DNA of 60,766 nucleotides, taken from assembly GCA_947649285.1 (NCBI GenBank), contig CANSRB010000001.1, positions 1 through 60,766 on the forward strand, given 5' to 3'. The notes under the pieces are model-generated. The model was not told the origin of the DNA. It saw only the letters and a list, made by a program, of their open reading frames with translations, and did no database searches. Shown piece after piece: positions 19,772 through 29,497 of the stretch. Position numbers and translations under genes: made by a program. This stretch comes from an uncultured Clostridia bacterium (GTDB lineage: Bacteria > Bacillota > Clostridia > Oscillospirales > Ruminococcaceae). How positions within the stretch are numbered: the stretch's first letter is position 1; every line of letters begins with the position of its first letter.

Positions 19772-20722
19772 ATGAAGACGAATACGAAACCTTCGGCAAA
19801 ACCACCGGCTAAAACTCCGGCAAAAGCCCCAATAAAGCCTTCTGTAAAAGCGCCGGTCAAAGCCCCGGCTAAGGCTTCGGGCAAGGCCCCGGCAACTGTC
19901 CCCGAAAAGGCCGAGAAAAAGGGAGGGAAGGTATTCCTCCTCACCTTTTTGATTGTGCTGGCCGTGCTGGGCGCAGTATGGGCGGGATTTTTCTTTTGGA
20001 AACAGATGCCGGAGGAACAGGCCCCAACCCTGGAAATTGATGAAAACAATCCCAATGTACTCGGCCAGATCCCTCCTGCGGGAAATGAGGCGGATATTCA
20101 GAACAGCCTGGATTACGCCATTGGCCAGACCCCGGATGCGGTAGGATGGATCCAGATCCCGGATACCGATATCAACGGGCTGATTATGCAGGCGGATGAC
20201 AACCGGTATTATGAGCGCCGGAATGAAGATGGGAATTATGATGTATACGGCTGTTATTTCGCGGATTATGAGTGCGCGCTGGGGGCCAGGGAGGATTTTT
20301 CTCAGAATACCATCGTCTATGGGCATGGCAATTCCACGGATGATCCAAATGGGAAGCGTTTTTCCCAATTATTCCGGTTCCTGGATCAGGACTTTGCACA
20401 AAAGCATCCCTATGTGACTATTACCACCCAGGAGGGAAGCTATACCTTCCAGATTTTTTCGATCTTCTATACCTCGACGGACTTCAATTACATTGAAGTA
20501 AATATGAATGACCGGAAGAAGCTGTCGATTGCCAATAAGGCGCTGGAGCTTTCGATTTATGACTATGGCGTAACCGTATCGGAGGAGGATCGGCTGCTGA
20601 CGCTTTCCACCTGCGCCCTGGCGGAGGGAAAGGAGAACGAGCGGTTTGTGGTGATGGGGAAGCTTTGCCCCGAGAATTTCAGCAAAAGGGAAAGCATCCT
20701 GCTGACGAAAAGAGAGCCGTAA
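19772..20722 (+). CDS. srtB: Class B sortase
   Basis: N-terminal TM, VGWIQIPDT, NTIVYGH, LLTLSTC, ERFVV (His-Cys-Arg). Confidence 0.92.
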   Translation: MKTNTKPSAKPPAKTPAKAPIKPSVKAPVKAPAKASGKAPATVPEKAEKKGGKVFLLTFLIVLAVLGAVWAGFFFWKQMPEEQAPTLEIDENNPNVLGQIPPAGNEADIQNSLDYAIGQTPDAVGWIQIPDTDINGLIMQADDNRYYERRNEDGNYDVYGCYFADYECALGAREDFSQNTIVYGHGNSTDDPNGKRFSQLFRFLDQDFAQKHPYVTITTQEGSYTFQIFSIFYTSTDFNYIEVNMNDRKKLSIANKALELSIYDYGVTVSEEDRLLTLSTCALAEGKENERFVVMGKLCPENFSKRESILLTKREP

Positions 20723-20788
20723 TAAAAACGCCATGAGGGGCGTTTTGCGATCCTTTGGCAATAACCGTTCGAGGATGAAAGGAGAGAA

Positions 20789-21609
20789 TTGAAAATGAAT
20801 GTGCAGGAAGTCCGGAAATATTATGATGACAATAGCCTGAAGGAGTGGGAGCGCCTGGAGAAGAATCCTTTGGAATTTATTTTTACCACTTATAAGATGG
20901 ATCAATATATTCAGCCGGGTGACAGTATCCTGGACATTGGCGGCGGTCCGGGACGGTATTCCATCCATTATGCCCAGAAGGGCTGCGGGGTGACGCTGGT
21001 TGATTTATCCGAAAAAATATTGAGCTTGCCGGGAAGAAGGCGGAGGAATCCCAGGTCCGCTTTCCGATGTTTGCTGCGGACTGCCGTGCCCTTGACGGAT
21101 TAGGGCTGGGCCAATACGACCATGTATTTTTAATGGGCCCTTTATATCACCTGCAAAGGAAGGAGGACCGGATCCAGGCCGTTGAGTCGGCGATGGAACA
21201 CTTGAAGCCCGGCGGATTCCTTTATTGTTCCTTTATCCTGGATTTTGCAGGGCTTATTTATGATTTGAAAAACGGTCCCGGATATCTGCCGGAGGATTTG
21301 GCGAACCAATCCACGAGAGGGCTGCTCCGTTCCATTATTGAGGGGACGGAGTATGTTGGCCCCGCATTCACATCGGCTTATTTTATCAATCAGCGTCAGA
21401 TCGAACCCTTTATGCAGCAGTTCCCTTTAGAAAAATGCTGTTTGTTCGGGCAGGAAGGTATTTTGGCGCTTTATGCTAATCAGCTCCAGTCATTTCCCCA
21501 GGAGGAGTATGACCTTTGGGTGGAAACGGCGAAGGAATTTCTGGAGCTTCCTGAATTTCTGGCGTTTTCCGAACACGCGATGCATATTGGCAGAAAAAGA
21601 AGCAGCTAG
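20789..21609 (+). pseudogene. Class I SAM-dependent methyltransferase split by a frameshift at the A6 run 21012-21017
   Basis: ILDIGGGPGRYS in frame 1 and YDHVFLMGPLYHL in frame 2; adding one A joins them. Confidence 0.85.
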
Positions 21610-21755
21610 GATTTGGATGTAGGTATAATGCACAAATATTTTCAACAAAGTTTGTTTGTTTTTATTGTAGAAACTTCTGCTCTAATTTGATATACTGGGG
21701 ATGAAGAAAAAGGTTTCTTTCCGCACCATTCATTCTTGGGTAAGGAGGAGCAGGT

Positions 21756-21884
21756 ATGAAAAAATTGACAGCTGTCATTGTCGTTTCGGTTCTTTTCGTT
21801 ATTGCACCCCCACCTCTTTTTATTTCCCTCTTGGTAAAACCATCGAACTCGCCTGTTTATATTCAAGAAGAGGTACAGGATTAA
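21756..21884 (+). CDS. Unannotated 42-aa membrane/secreted peptide (MKKLTAVIVVSVLFVIAPPPLFISLLVKPSNSPVYIQEEVQD)
   Basis: AAGGAGGAG RBS, TGnTATACT upstream, terminator hairpin near 21939-21980. Confidence 0.5.
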   Translation: MKKLTAVIVVSVLFVIAPPPLFISLLVKPSNSPVYIQEEVQD

Positions 21885-22270
21885 AGTATTTCCTGTTGAA
21901 AAAAACCGCCGGGGTATTCCGCAGTTTATTTTAACCACAAAAGCCGCCTTTCTGCTTGAGCAGGAAAGGCGGCTTGCTTTTATCCCCTTTTCTTTGAGCA
22001 ATCAAAGAAAAGGGGACGGGGTGAGGATTCTTGGGCATTTCATAATACAGCTTTTTTATGAAACGGGCATAGGCTGTCTTACGATAATCATTCCCTTTTT
22101 ACTGAAATTATGATATAATAAAACTAAAATGCTTATTATACATTGATGGCCAGGGCGGTTTGTTCACGTTGTTCACTTCCGCTCCAATAGCCGATTATAT
22201 GCGGAGGGCTGGAGGGGCCTTGTGCCTGTGGAATAGCCAAGCCGCAAAAAGTAGGAAAGGGCCTGCAACC

Positions 22271-23428
22271 ATGAAATTACTTCAAACGAAGGATATCCGT
22301 GCCAGAAACCGGATGCAGATTATGCAGCAACTCATACAGTGCAAAGAGGTTTCGCGTGCGGAGATCGCGGAAATTACCGGGCTGAATAAGGCGACCGTTT
22401 CAACCATTGTGAAAGAACTGCTGGATAACGGGTTTATCGTGGAAACTGCCATGGGTGTTTCAACGGGAGGCCGGAAGCCAATCATGCTGACCCAGCAGGC
22501 AGATGCCGGCTATTGTATTGCGGTGGATTTGAATGTCACCCATATCCAAGTCACGGTGACGGATTTGGCAAATCGGTTTTGTGCAGAATCCTCGGTTCCA
22601 GTCAAAGGGGAGAGCTTCAAGCAGAATTTCCAGCGGCTGTGCGGGGAGATTCATCAGCTGGTTGAGAAACGACCGCCCAGTCGTTATGGACTGATCGGGA
22701 TCAGCGTGGCTGTGCGCGGCGTGGTGGACCTGGACGGGGTTATCCGCTTTATCCCCAAGCTGAAATGGCGGGACACGGATTTGAAAACGCTGCTGCATCA
22801 GGAATTCCAGGTGCCGGTTTATGTGGATAATGACGGAGATCTGGCCGCTATGGCAGAGCGCCGGGAAAATCCTGGCTGGGATGAAATGCTGGTGCTGAGC
22901 GTGGACGATGTCCTTTCGGCTGGTTTAGTTTCGCATGGGAAGCTTGTCCGGGGGTATTTGGGGTTTGCCAATGCGGTGGGGCATCATATCTTAAACTGTA
23001 AGGAAACCCGGCCGTGCAACTGCGGGAAATATGGCTGCTGGGAGCAGTACTGCTCCTGCCTGACCCTGCTGGAGGCGGCGAACCGGGGGGCAGAGCATCC
23101 TTCGGGGAGCATGGAGGAATTAGCGGAGCGGATCCGTATCGGGGACAGTCAGGCCCAGCAGGCGTTGAGGGAATTTCTGGATTATCTGTCCATTGGGATT
23201 ACCAACCTGATTTTTGTGCTGAACAGTGAAGTGATTATCTTGAATTCCCGGCTGTTTTCCGCTTTGCCGGAGCTGGTGGAGGAGGTTCAAAGGCGGATTA
23301 TCCTGCCGATTACCGGCTTAGGGACTCAGACGATCTATTTGTCCAAGCTGGGGCAGCGGGCTGCGCTGACCGGGGCGGCTGCCGTGGCGATTGAGGGGTT
23401 TTATTCCAACTGCATGGAACAGCTGTAG
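22271..23428 (+). CDS. ROK-family transcriptional repressor
   Basis: HTH SRAEIAEITGLNKATVS, GGRKP, CNCGKYGCWE Zn motif. Confidence 0.93.
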   Translation: MKLLQTKDIRARNRMQIMQQLIQCKEVSRAEIAEITGLNKATVSTIVKELLDNGFIVETAMGVSTGGRKPIMLTQQADAGYCIAVDLNVTHIQVTVTDLANRFCAESSVPVKGESFKQNFQRLCGEIHQLVEKRPPSRYGLIGISVAVRGVVDLDGVIRFIPKLKWRDTDLKTLLHQEFQVPVYVDNDGDLAAMAERRENPGWDEMLVLSVDDVLSAGLVSHGKLVRGYLGFANAVGHHILNCKETRPCNCGKYGCWEQYCSCLTLLEAANRGAEHPSGSMEELAERIRIGDSQAQQALREFLDYLSIGITNLIFVLNSEVIILNSRLFSALPELVEEVQRRIILPITGLGTQTIYLSKLGQRAALTGAAAVAIEGFYSNCMEQL

Positions 23429-23474
23429 TGAAACTAAAAAGAGGAAAGCAGATGCTTTCCTCTTTTTGTGTTAC

Positions 23475-24062
23475 TCAGCGGTTTATAATCCGCAAAGCGA
23501 AATCCAGATAACTGCGCACCGCAAGGGCCGTATCCTCCGTTGGTCGGAGGTCGGACATCGGGCCGGAAACATGGCTCACGCCATAGGCGGGCTGTTCCGG
23601 GCCCTGGATGTTACAGGGCACAGACAGGTTTACCATTCCCATATGCTGGGCAAAGGTATTCATCACCTGCATACAAAGCTCCACGCCACCGACCAGACTG
23701 CCGCTGGTGGCAAAACAGCCGAAGAATTTTCCGGCCATCCTGGCTTCGACCCAAATATCACAGAAGGAATCCATAAAGGCCTTCATCTGAGCGGAAACGC
23801 AGCCATAATAGGTGGGGGAACCGAGGAAAAGGGCGTCGACATCCGTGAAATCCTTCCCGCTTCCCGCAATGGGAAGGGAAAGGATTTCTTCCCGGTATTC
23901 CCGGGAGGAGTCAAACCGGAGGGAGGTTTCGGCAAAGGTATCATCCTTCACGCGGTAGAGGGTGACATCCTGCCCTTGGTCCTTCAGATAATCCGCGAAG
24001 CGTTTGGCAATGAGATAGGTATTTCCACAGACGCTGTGGAAGACAACGGCAATTTTTGCCAT
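23475..24062 (-). CDS. WrbA-like NAD(P)H:quinone oxidoreductase/flavodoxin
   Basis: HSVCGNT, GSPTYYG, QMKAFMD, GGVE, YGVS. Confidence 0.85.
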   Translation of the reverse strand: MAKIAVVFHSVCGNTYLIAKRFADYLKDQGQDVTLYRVKDDTFAETSLRFDSSREYREEILSLPIAGSGKDFTDVDALFLGSPTYYGCVSAQMKAFMDSFCDIWVEARMAGKFFGCFATSGSLVGGVELCMQVMNTFAQHMGMVNLSVPCNIQGPEQPAYGVSHVSGPMSDLRPTEDTALAVRSYLDFALRIINR

Positions 24063-24135
24063 GGGAAGCCCCGTCCTTTCAGCAGAAAACCGGCGGGGAA
24101 CTTCCCCGCCGATCTCTTTGTTTTTTCAAATCGTA

Positions 24136-25086
24136 TTAGTCATAAATCAGTTTATGGCGCAGGTAGAAGAAATGGTCGCTGTGGGAATGGATGGAAAGCA
24201 TCTTGGTATGCGGATGATCCTGGGAGCCGAACTCCTTCCCGAATTTGCCGATGGACAGCGCCTGCCCGCCGATATACAGGCAGGAGTAATTCAGGAAGAG
24301 TTCATCCATCATTTTCTGGGCTACCAGGAAATGCATATAGGAGGGGGTTTCAATCAGCATCCGGTCGATCCCGAATTTTTTCAGGATATAGAGCGCGGTC
24401 TTGGAGTCCGGCACTTTGTCTCCGGTGGCAAGGACGAGCACCTTATTGGCATTGGCCTTCATTTCATCAATCAGGGCCGGTGTGACCTCTTCCACCGAAC
24501 TTGCGGTAACCGCAAAATAATCGTTTTTGATTTTTTCCCGGACAATTTCCAGACCTGCCTTGGAGGTGCTGATCATCACCGGGACTTCCGGTGTATGGAA
24601 CAGTAAATGGTCGAACGGGATATCTGTGGCGTCCAGCGAAGTGATAATGTTCCACGGCACCGGGGGCTTTCCGGCAGAAATCCGCATATCCTCCAGATCC
24701 TGATCGAATACATGGCAGGTATAATCCGCTTCAGCATTCATGGTGCCTGCCCCCAGCATGACCGCGTCGGACAGGGAACGGAGCATATTCAGGATCCACC
24801 AGTCCGCGTCCGCGCCAGCCGGGTCACAGCGGTTCAGCTTAGCGATCAGCGGGCCTTGGGGAGCGTCGGCGAAAGCAATCTTGCCGTCGATCGACGTCAC
24901 CAGGGAAGTATAGGTGCAGGGACGGTCTTCATGCAGCTCCATGAATTGAAGATCCCCGTAAATCTGTTGGATTTTGTCGCAGGTCATGGTACCTGCCTGG
25001 CAGTTTTTCAGATCCTCGCTGGCATAAATCCGGCGGACCTTGGTTTTTTCAATATCAAACGGCATTTTGAACAGAGAAGTAGCCAT
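24136..25086 (-). CDS. RibD C-terminal/DHFR-fold reductase
   Basis: SLVTSIDGKIA, LRSLSDAVMLGAGT, MLIET, DELFL; no deaminase domain. Confidence 0.8.
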   Translation of the reverse strand: MATSLFKMPFDIEKTKVRRIYASEDLKNCQAGTMTCDKIQQIYGDLQFMELHEDRPCTYTSLVTSIDGKIAFADAPQGPLIAKLNRCDPAGADADWWILNMLRSLSDAVMLGAGTMNAEADYTCHVFDQDLEDMRISAGKPPVPWNIITSLDATDIPFDHLLFHTPEVPVMISTSKAGLEIVREKIKNDYFAVTASSVEEVTPALIDEMKANANKVLVLATGDKVPDSKTALYILKKFGIDRMLIETPSYMHFLVAQKMMDELFLNYSCLYIGGQALSIGKFGKEFGSQDHPHTKMLSIHSHSDHFFYLRHKLIYD

Positions 25087-25098
25087 GATCGTTCCCCC

Positions 25099-25839
25099 TT
25101 AAATATGCAGGGCGGTGGTACCGCCGCAAACGCCCAGCACCTCGCCGGTGACAAAGCTTGCGTCGTCGCTGGCCAGGTAAACGATCGCGTTGGTCATATC
25201 CTCGATTTTGCCGATCCGGGCCATTGGGTAGATAGCCGCCATTTCGCGCTCGACCGCTTCCGGATCCGGCGCTTCGGTAAAGCGGGCTTCGATCATCGGG
25301 GTGCGGACCAGGCCCGGCATGATGCAGTTGGCGCGGATGGCTGGGGCCTGCTCCAGCGCGATGCATTTGGTCAGCATAATCACAGCGGCTTTGGAGGGAC
25401 AGTAGCCGATCCGTTCCGGGATGGGGGCCAGGCCTAGGTCGGAAGCGATATTGACAATCGCGGCGCCCGGCTGTTTTTTCAGCTCCGGAACAGCGGCCTT
25501 GCACATATGGAATACCCCGTTGACGTTGATCTGGAATTCACGGGAGAAGCTTTCCGGAGAGGTGCTTTCCAGCGAACCGATGAAGGTAACGCCGGCGCAG
25601 CAGATCAGCTTGTCTACTTTGCCGAAAGCTTCCACTGCTTTGGCGACCACCTTTTCCGCAGCGGCATACTCGGTCAGGTTAGCTTGGACATAGATGGCGT
25701 TTGGATCTTGAATGTTCATCTTTTCTTCAATGCCGCAGCCGACCACCTTTGCGCCCTCTGCCAGGAATCTTTTTGCAACGCCTTCGCCAATGCCGGAGCT
25801 TGCGCCGGTTACGATAACGACTTGGTTTTCAAATTTCAT
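25099..25839 (-). CDS. Short-chain dehydrogenase/reductase
   Basis: TGASSGIG, YCPSK, NCIMPG. Confidence 0.93.
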   Translation of the reverse strand: MKFENQVVIVTGASSGIGEGVAKRFLAEGAKVVGCGIEEKMNIQDPNAIYVQANLTEYAAAEKVVAKAVEAFGKVDKLICCAGVTFIGSLESTSPESFSREFQINVNGVFHMCKAAVPELKKQPGAAIVNIASDLGLAPIPERIGYCPSKAAVIMLTKCIALEQAPAIRANCIMPGLVRTPMIEARFTEAPDPEAVEREMAAIYPMARIGKIEDMTNAIVYLASDDASFVTGEVLGVCGGTTALHI

Positions 25840-25852
25840 TTGAATTTCTCCT

Positions 25853-26034
25853 TATAGTAAATAAAGTTGAAAAGCATACCGGATGCTTTTCACCGGCGGT
25901 TTCCGCCGGGGCCGCCGAAAGCGGCCAGTTTATTTGGCTTCATTGTTCAGTAAGTGTGCACTTTGTGCACCGGCAGGCCAAGGGCCGCCGGGTGAAAACT
26001 GGCATTTTGCCAGTTTTCAACTTTACTGACAATA
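25853..26034 (+). repeat. Structured TA-ended repeat element, copy E1 (182 bp)
   Basis: Imperfect terminal IRs TATAGTAAATAAAGTTGAAAA / TTTTCAACTTTACTGACAATA; six hairpins; core GGCTTCATTG shared with 51122 and 57649 copies. Confidence 0.75.
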
Positions 26035-26102
26035 TCATGATATAGATTCTGATCCCATTGGATGCGTGATCGGGCATTCCCGGGCAACCCGGGAGGGGTG
26101 AT

Positions 26103-26672
26103 TTATAGGCCGTTTGCCTCCCGAACTTTCTGCGCCAGAGCACGGATTTCTTCCGCAATGTCGGGCCGGGTTTCCAGGGAATCCCGGTCGCTGTTCGGGA
26201 GAGTAACCTCCCCGGTGAAATGGATGCTCATATCCTTGAGCAGGTTTTTGAGGACCAGCTCGCCCCCCAGGAACTGGTTTTCGAAAGAAGGCGCGCCGCC
26301 GACCATCAGGATCGAGCCGGTTTTCCGGAAAGCTTCCGGCTTATCCTTACGCAGGCAGCTTGCCCAGTAGGGCTGGAGCCGGTCGATAATGGTTTTCAGC
26401 TTGCCGCTGATAGAGTGGAAATACATCGGGGAGGCCAGAACGATATTATCGGCTTCTTCCAGCTTTTCATACACGGAAACCATACCGTCTTTGATACTGC
26501 ACCCGTTTTTATGCCAGCAGAAACGGCAGTCCTTACAAGGGGCGATTTCCAGCTCGGTGCGGTAGGCGTCGATGATCTCCACCTCGCCGCCCAAGGTTTC
26601 CAGGAAGAGGTCGAGCATTGCCTTGGTATGGCCGTTGGCTCTTGCAGAGCCAAACAGGACAAGAGTTTTCAT
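26103..26672 (-). CDS. Iron-sulfur flavoprotein/NADPH-dependent FMN reductase family
   Basis: GSARANGHT, CKDCRFCW...C, ASPMYF. Confidence 0.85.
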   Translation of the reverse strand: MKTLVLFGSARANGHTKAMLDLFLETLGGEVEIIDAYRTELEIAPCKDCRFCWHKNGCSIKDGMVSVYEKLEEADNIVLASPMYFHSISGKLKTIIDRLQPYWASCLRKDKPEAFRKTGSILMVGGAPSFENQFLGGELVLKNLLKDMSIHFTGEVTLPNSDRDSLETRPDIAEEIRALAQKVREANGL

Positions 26673-26685
26673 AAAAGCTTCCTTT

Positions 26686-28227
26686 CTATTCTTTAAAAGC
26701 GGCTAATTGGGCTTCGAGCTCCGCCTTTTCCTGAGCTCCTTCTTCGGCCAGGGACGCTTCATAGGATTTCCGGTTGAATTTCAGGAAATGCAGCGCCAGG
26801 AAGACGACAGCACAGATCGCGTAAACCGCAATAAATCCCAGATCCGGCGCATAGGTATCCGTGAAGAGGACGCCGGGAGAATGCATCATACCGATCCCCG
26901 TAAGCGCCAGGCCGGCCAGGTTGGCAATCGAAGCCTTGAGCCATGCGTTGTCGATGATAAAGACAAAGATACAGCCGACGACCAATCCAATAAATGCGGA
27001 ACCATCTGTGAAGGCGGAGAATCCGGCCAAGCTTCCTTCGGCGACATTATCCGAGATAAAGTCGATTACCAGAGGCAGGGAGGCCATAACAACCGCCGGG
27101 AAGTATTTCCGCTTCACCACGTTGAACGCCTGGGTATAGCTGGAAATCCCGACAAAGACCAGGATGGGGAGAACCGTAGCTTCCGGAATAAAGGCGTTGA
27201 TAATCGCGGACAGCCCGGTCAGGGAAACGACGGCATAGAGCGCGGTGATCCCCAAATGGTAGCCGGTGCCGGCTTTCATTTCTTTCCAGCCCGGATAGCC
27301 CCAATACAGGCCGACTGCCAGCGGGCTTCCAAACAGGGCGCCGACCATACTTGCACAGCCGGAGAGTACCAGCGGCGTGGTGGTGGTAAAGAAGGTATCC
27401 CCGCATTCGCGCGCCTGCTCGACTGCCTGGATGCCGGTGATGACTTCGTTGAGGGAAAAGACGATGATAATCGGCAGGAACATGATGACCTGTTTCAGCA
27501 CATCGCCCGAGAAATAGCCAATAGTGAATTTGGGCAGATGGAAGCTCAGGTTTGCCAGGGAGTCTGTTACAGCGCTGAAGCTCATCTCACCGGTGACCCA
27601 GGCAATTGCCGCACCAACTACAATGGCAATCAAAGCAGCCGGAAGCTTGACATTGATCTTGCCCAGGTAAATTACAAAAAGTACGATCAGGGAAAGCCAG
27701 CCGATCAGCGGCATTTTCAGGGTTCCGTCCATGGACTGGAGGATCAGGAACGCCATCGCCCCGCCGGCCAGGGAGCCGAACAGCGCGCCGGCCGGGACAA
27801 TCTTCAGAATCAGCGGTACGACAAAGGCACCGGCGACGAAAACAGCCCCGCCGATGAAATGCGCGACGACACCGACCTTGAAAGCGAGCATCGCGTCGCC
27901 AGTGGACAGAAAGACCGGCAGCATGATGCTGTACAGCCAGATGAACATCCGGCCTGCCTGCAAGCCAGCCGGAACTGCCGTCAGGCCGGCATCCCCGCGC
28001 TGCTGGGCAATGCGGCGGTAGTAATACCAAAGCCCGCCGTTGAGCACAATGACGCTGATCATAACCCCCGGCATCATGACGCCGAATACGGTGGAGCTTT
28101 CCATGCCAAAGGTACCGACCAGGATGGCGATCGCCACAATAACCTTGGAAAAGCCGTCGAAGAATACGCCGATGGAGGCGTCGAGATCCGCTTTTTTGAA
28201 CAGCGGGATTTTAACATTAGAAGCCAT
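26686..28227 (-). CDS. NCS2-like (xanthine/uracil/vitamin C) permease, paralogue 2
   Basis: ~13 hydrophobic segments; DLDASIGVFFDGFSK; GYPGWK. Confidence 0.8.
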   Translation of the reverse strand: MASNVKIPLFKKADLDASIGVFFDGFSKVIVAIAILVGTFGMESSTVFGVMMPGVMISVIVLNGGLWYYYRRIAQQRGDAGLTAVPAGLQAGRMFIWLYSIMLPVFLSTGDAMLAFKVGVVAHFIGGAVFVAGAFVVPLILKIVPAGALFGSLAGGAMAFLILQSMDGTLKMPLIGWLSLIVLFVIYLGKINVKLPAALIAIVVGAAIAWVTGEMSFSAVTDSLANLSFHLPKFTIGYFSGDVLKQVIMFLPIIIVFSLNEVITGIQAVEQARECGDTFFTTTTPLVLSGCASMVGALFGSPLAVGLYWGYPGWKEMKAGTGYHLGITALYAVVSLTGLSAIINAFIPEATVLPILVFVGISSYTQAFNVVKRKYFPAVVMASLPLVIDFISDNVAEGSLAGFSAFTDGSAFIGLVVGCIFVFIIDNAWLKASIANLAGLALTGIGMMHSPGVLFTDTYAPDLGFIAVYAICAVVFLALHFLKFNRKSYEASLAEEGAQEKAELEAQLAAFKE

Positions 28228-28327
28228 AAAAGTTCTCCTTTAATTTTTGTCAGCAGGCTTGCAGAGGATGCAGAAAAGAGAGAAACGGCAGAGCCTTACA
28301 AGCGCGTGGATGTCCGGCTGAGGGGAG

Positions 28328-29290
28328 TTATTTGGTGCAGCTGAAGGACTGTGCCAGTACCTCCAGGTTGAATTCGCCTGCGGTAAAGACCCGGCCGGTC
28401 CGTTGATTGATGATGACCACCTTAGCGGGGGAATAGGTCTGCATCGGGACCTGATAGAAGTCACAGCCGTACTGCTGGTAGATTTCCTTGAACATCGTGC
28501 CGTAAACCGGGGATTTGTCACAGGTAATCTTGTCAATAACCGCCTCGATCTCGGAATCCTCACAGTCCACGGTATAGGTGGACTGGCCGCCATACATCAG
28601 GACGTCATTGACCCGGCCCATTGCGATCAGGTCGTCTTTGGCAACCGGCGGAATAACGCAGAAGCCATGAGCTTCGACAATGCTGTCCAGGTTGAAGCCT
28701 TCCTCGCGCAGGCGATGCAGGGTTTGCTCCAGGATACGGGCCGCCACTTCGACCGAGCAGACGGTGCTGCCGCTGGCTGCCAGGATGATGTAGAGGTTCT
28801 GCGGGTCGATGCCGACCGCGTCAATCAGATCCTGAACCTCGTCTTCGGACATGATGCTGCCCTTTTCCACCGTCAGGACGGCTTTCGTATACCGGTCCTG
28901 ATAATCCGAATAGACCTCCAGCCAATCGCCGGGTTTTCTGGCCAGCGTGCGGCCGGGGCCTGCCAGCACCGGCGCGTATTTCCCGGGGCGGAGCTCCCAG
29001 CCCGAGATGTTGCAGGCCGCCTGCTGAAGGACGGTGTAGTCCGAAAAAACGTTTACACAGTTGTAATAAACATTCCCGATCCGCTCCGGGAAGATCCCAT
29101 AGGAAATCTGATTCAGGCCGCCGAACAGGATCTCGGTGACCATTCTGGCGGATTCCCAGCCGCCGTCCGCTTCCACGCCGCAGTCGATGATATACGCGCC
29201 GCGGATCCGGTGGACTTTTGCCTTGTAGGCTTCCGGGTCGGCGACAATCTGCTCTGCGATCCGAACCGATTTTTCGTTTACGCTAATCAT
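28328..29290 (-). CDS. mch: Methenyltetrahydromethanopterin cyclohydrolase (Mch) homologue
   Basis: MISVNE, IDCGVEAxGG, GPGR, ARILE, AMGRVND..YGG, DFY, PAKVVI..TG...AG match Mch; ATG after AAGGAGG. Confidence 0.88.
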   Translation of the reverse strand: MISVNEKSVRIAEQIVADPEAYKAKVHRIRGAYIIDCGVEADGGWESARMVTEILFGGLNQISYGIFPERIGNVYYNCVNVFSDYTVLQQAACNISGWELRPGKYAPVLAGPGRTLARKPGDWLEVYSDYQDRYTKAVLTVEKGSIMSEDEVQDLIDAVGIDPQNLYIILAASGSTVCSVEVAARILEQTLHRLREEGFNLDSIVEAHGFCVIPPVAKDDLIAMGRVNDVLMYGGQSTYTVDCEDSEIEAVIDKITCDKSPVYGTMFKEIYQQYGCDFYQVPMQTYSPAKVVIINQRTGRVFTAGEFNLEVLAQSFSCTK

Positions 29291-29427
29291 GGCAAATACC
29301 TCCTTAAATGATAGCTGTACTATAGATGAATGCCGGCCAATGCCAAACAGACATTCCAAATAAGAAATAAGTTTGCGGTTTTAGTAAAAACCGCACGAAA
29401 TGAGGAAAAATTTCCCCCATATTTTAC

Positions 29428-29448
29428 ATAGTTCGAGAGATAAACTAT
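29428..29448. promoter_or_regulatory. Putative ROK operator upstream of mch
   Basis: ATAGTT-CGAGAGATA-AACTAT palindrome (GTT-N9-AAC), similar to 31085-31105. Confidence 0.55.
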
Positions 29449-29497
29449 CTTTTCGAAGAAATTCTCTCTCCGCGGGGAGAGAGGCTTCCTTCCGGTT

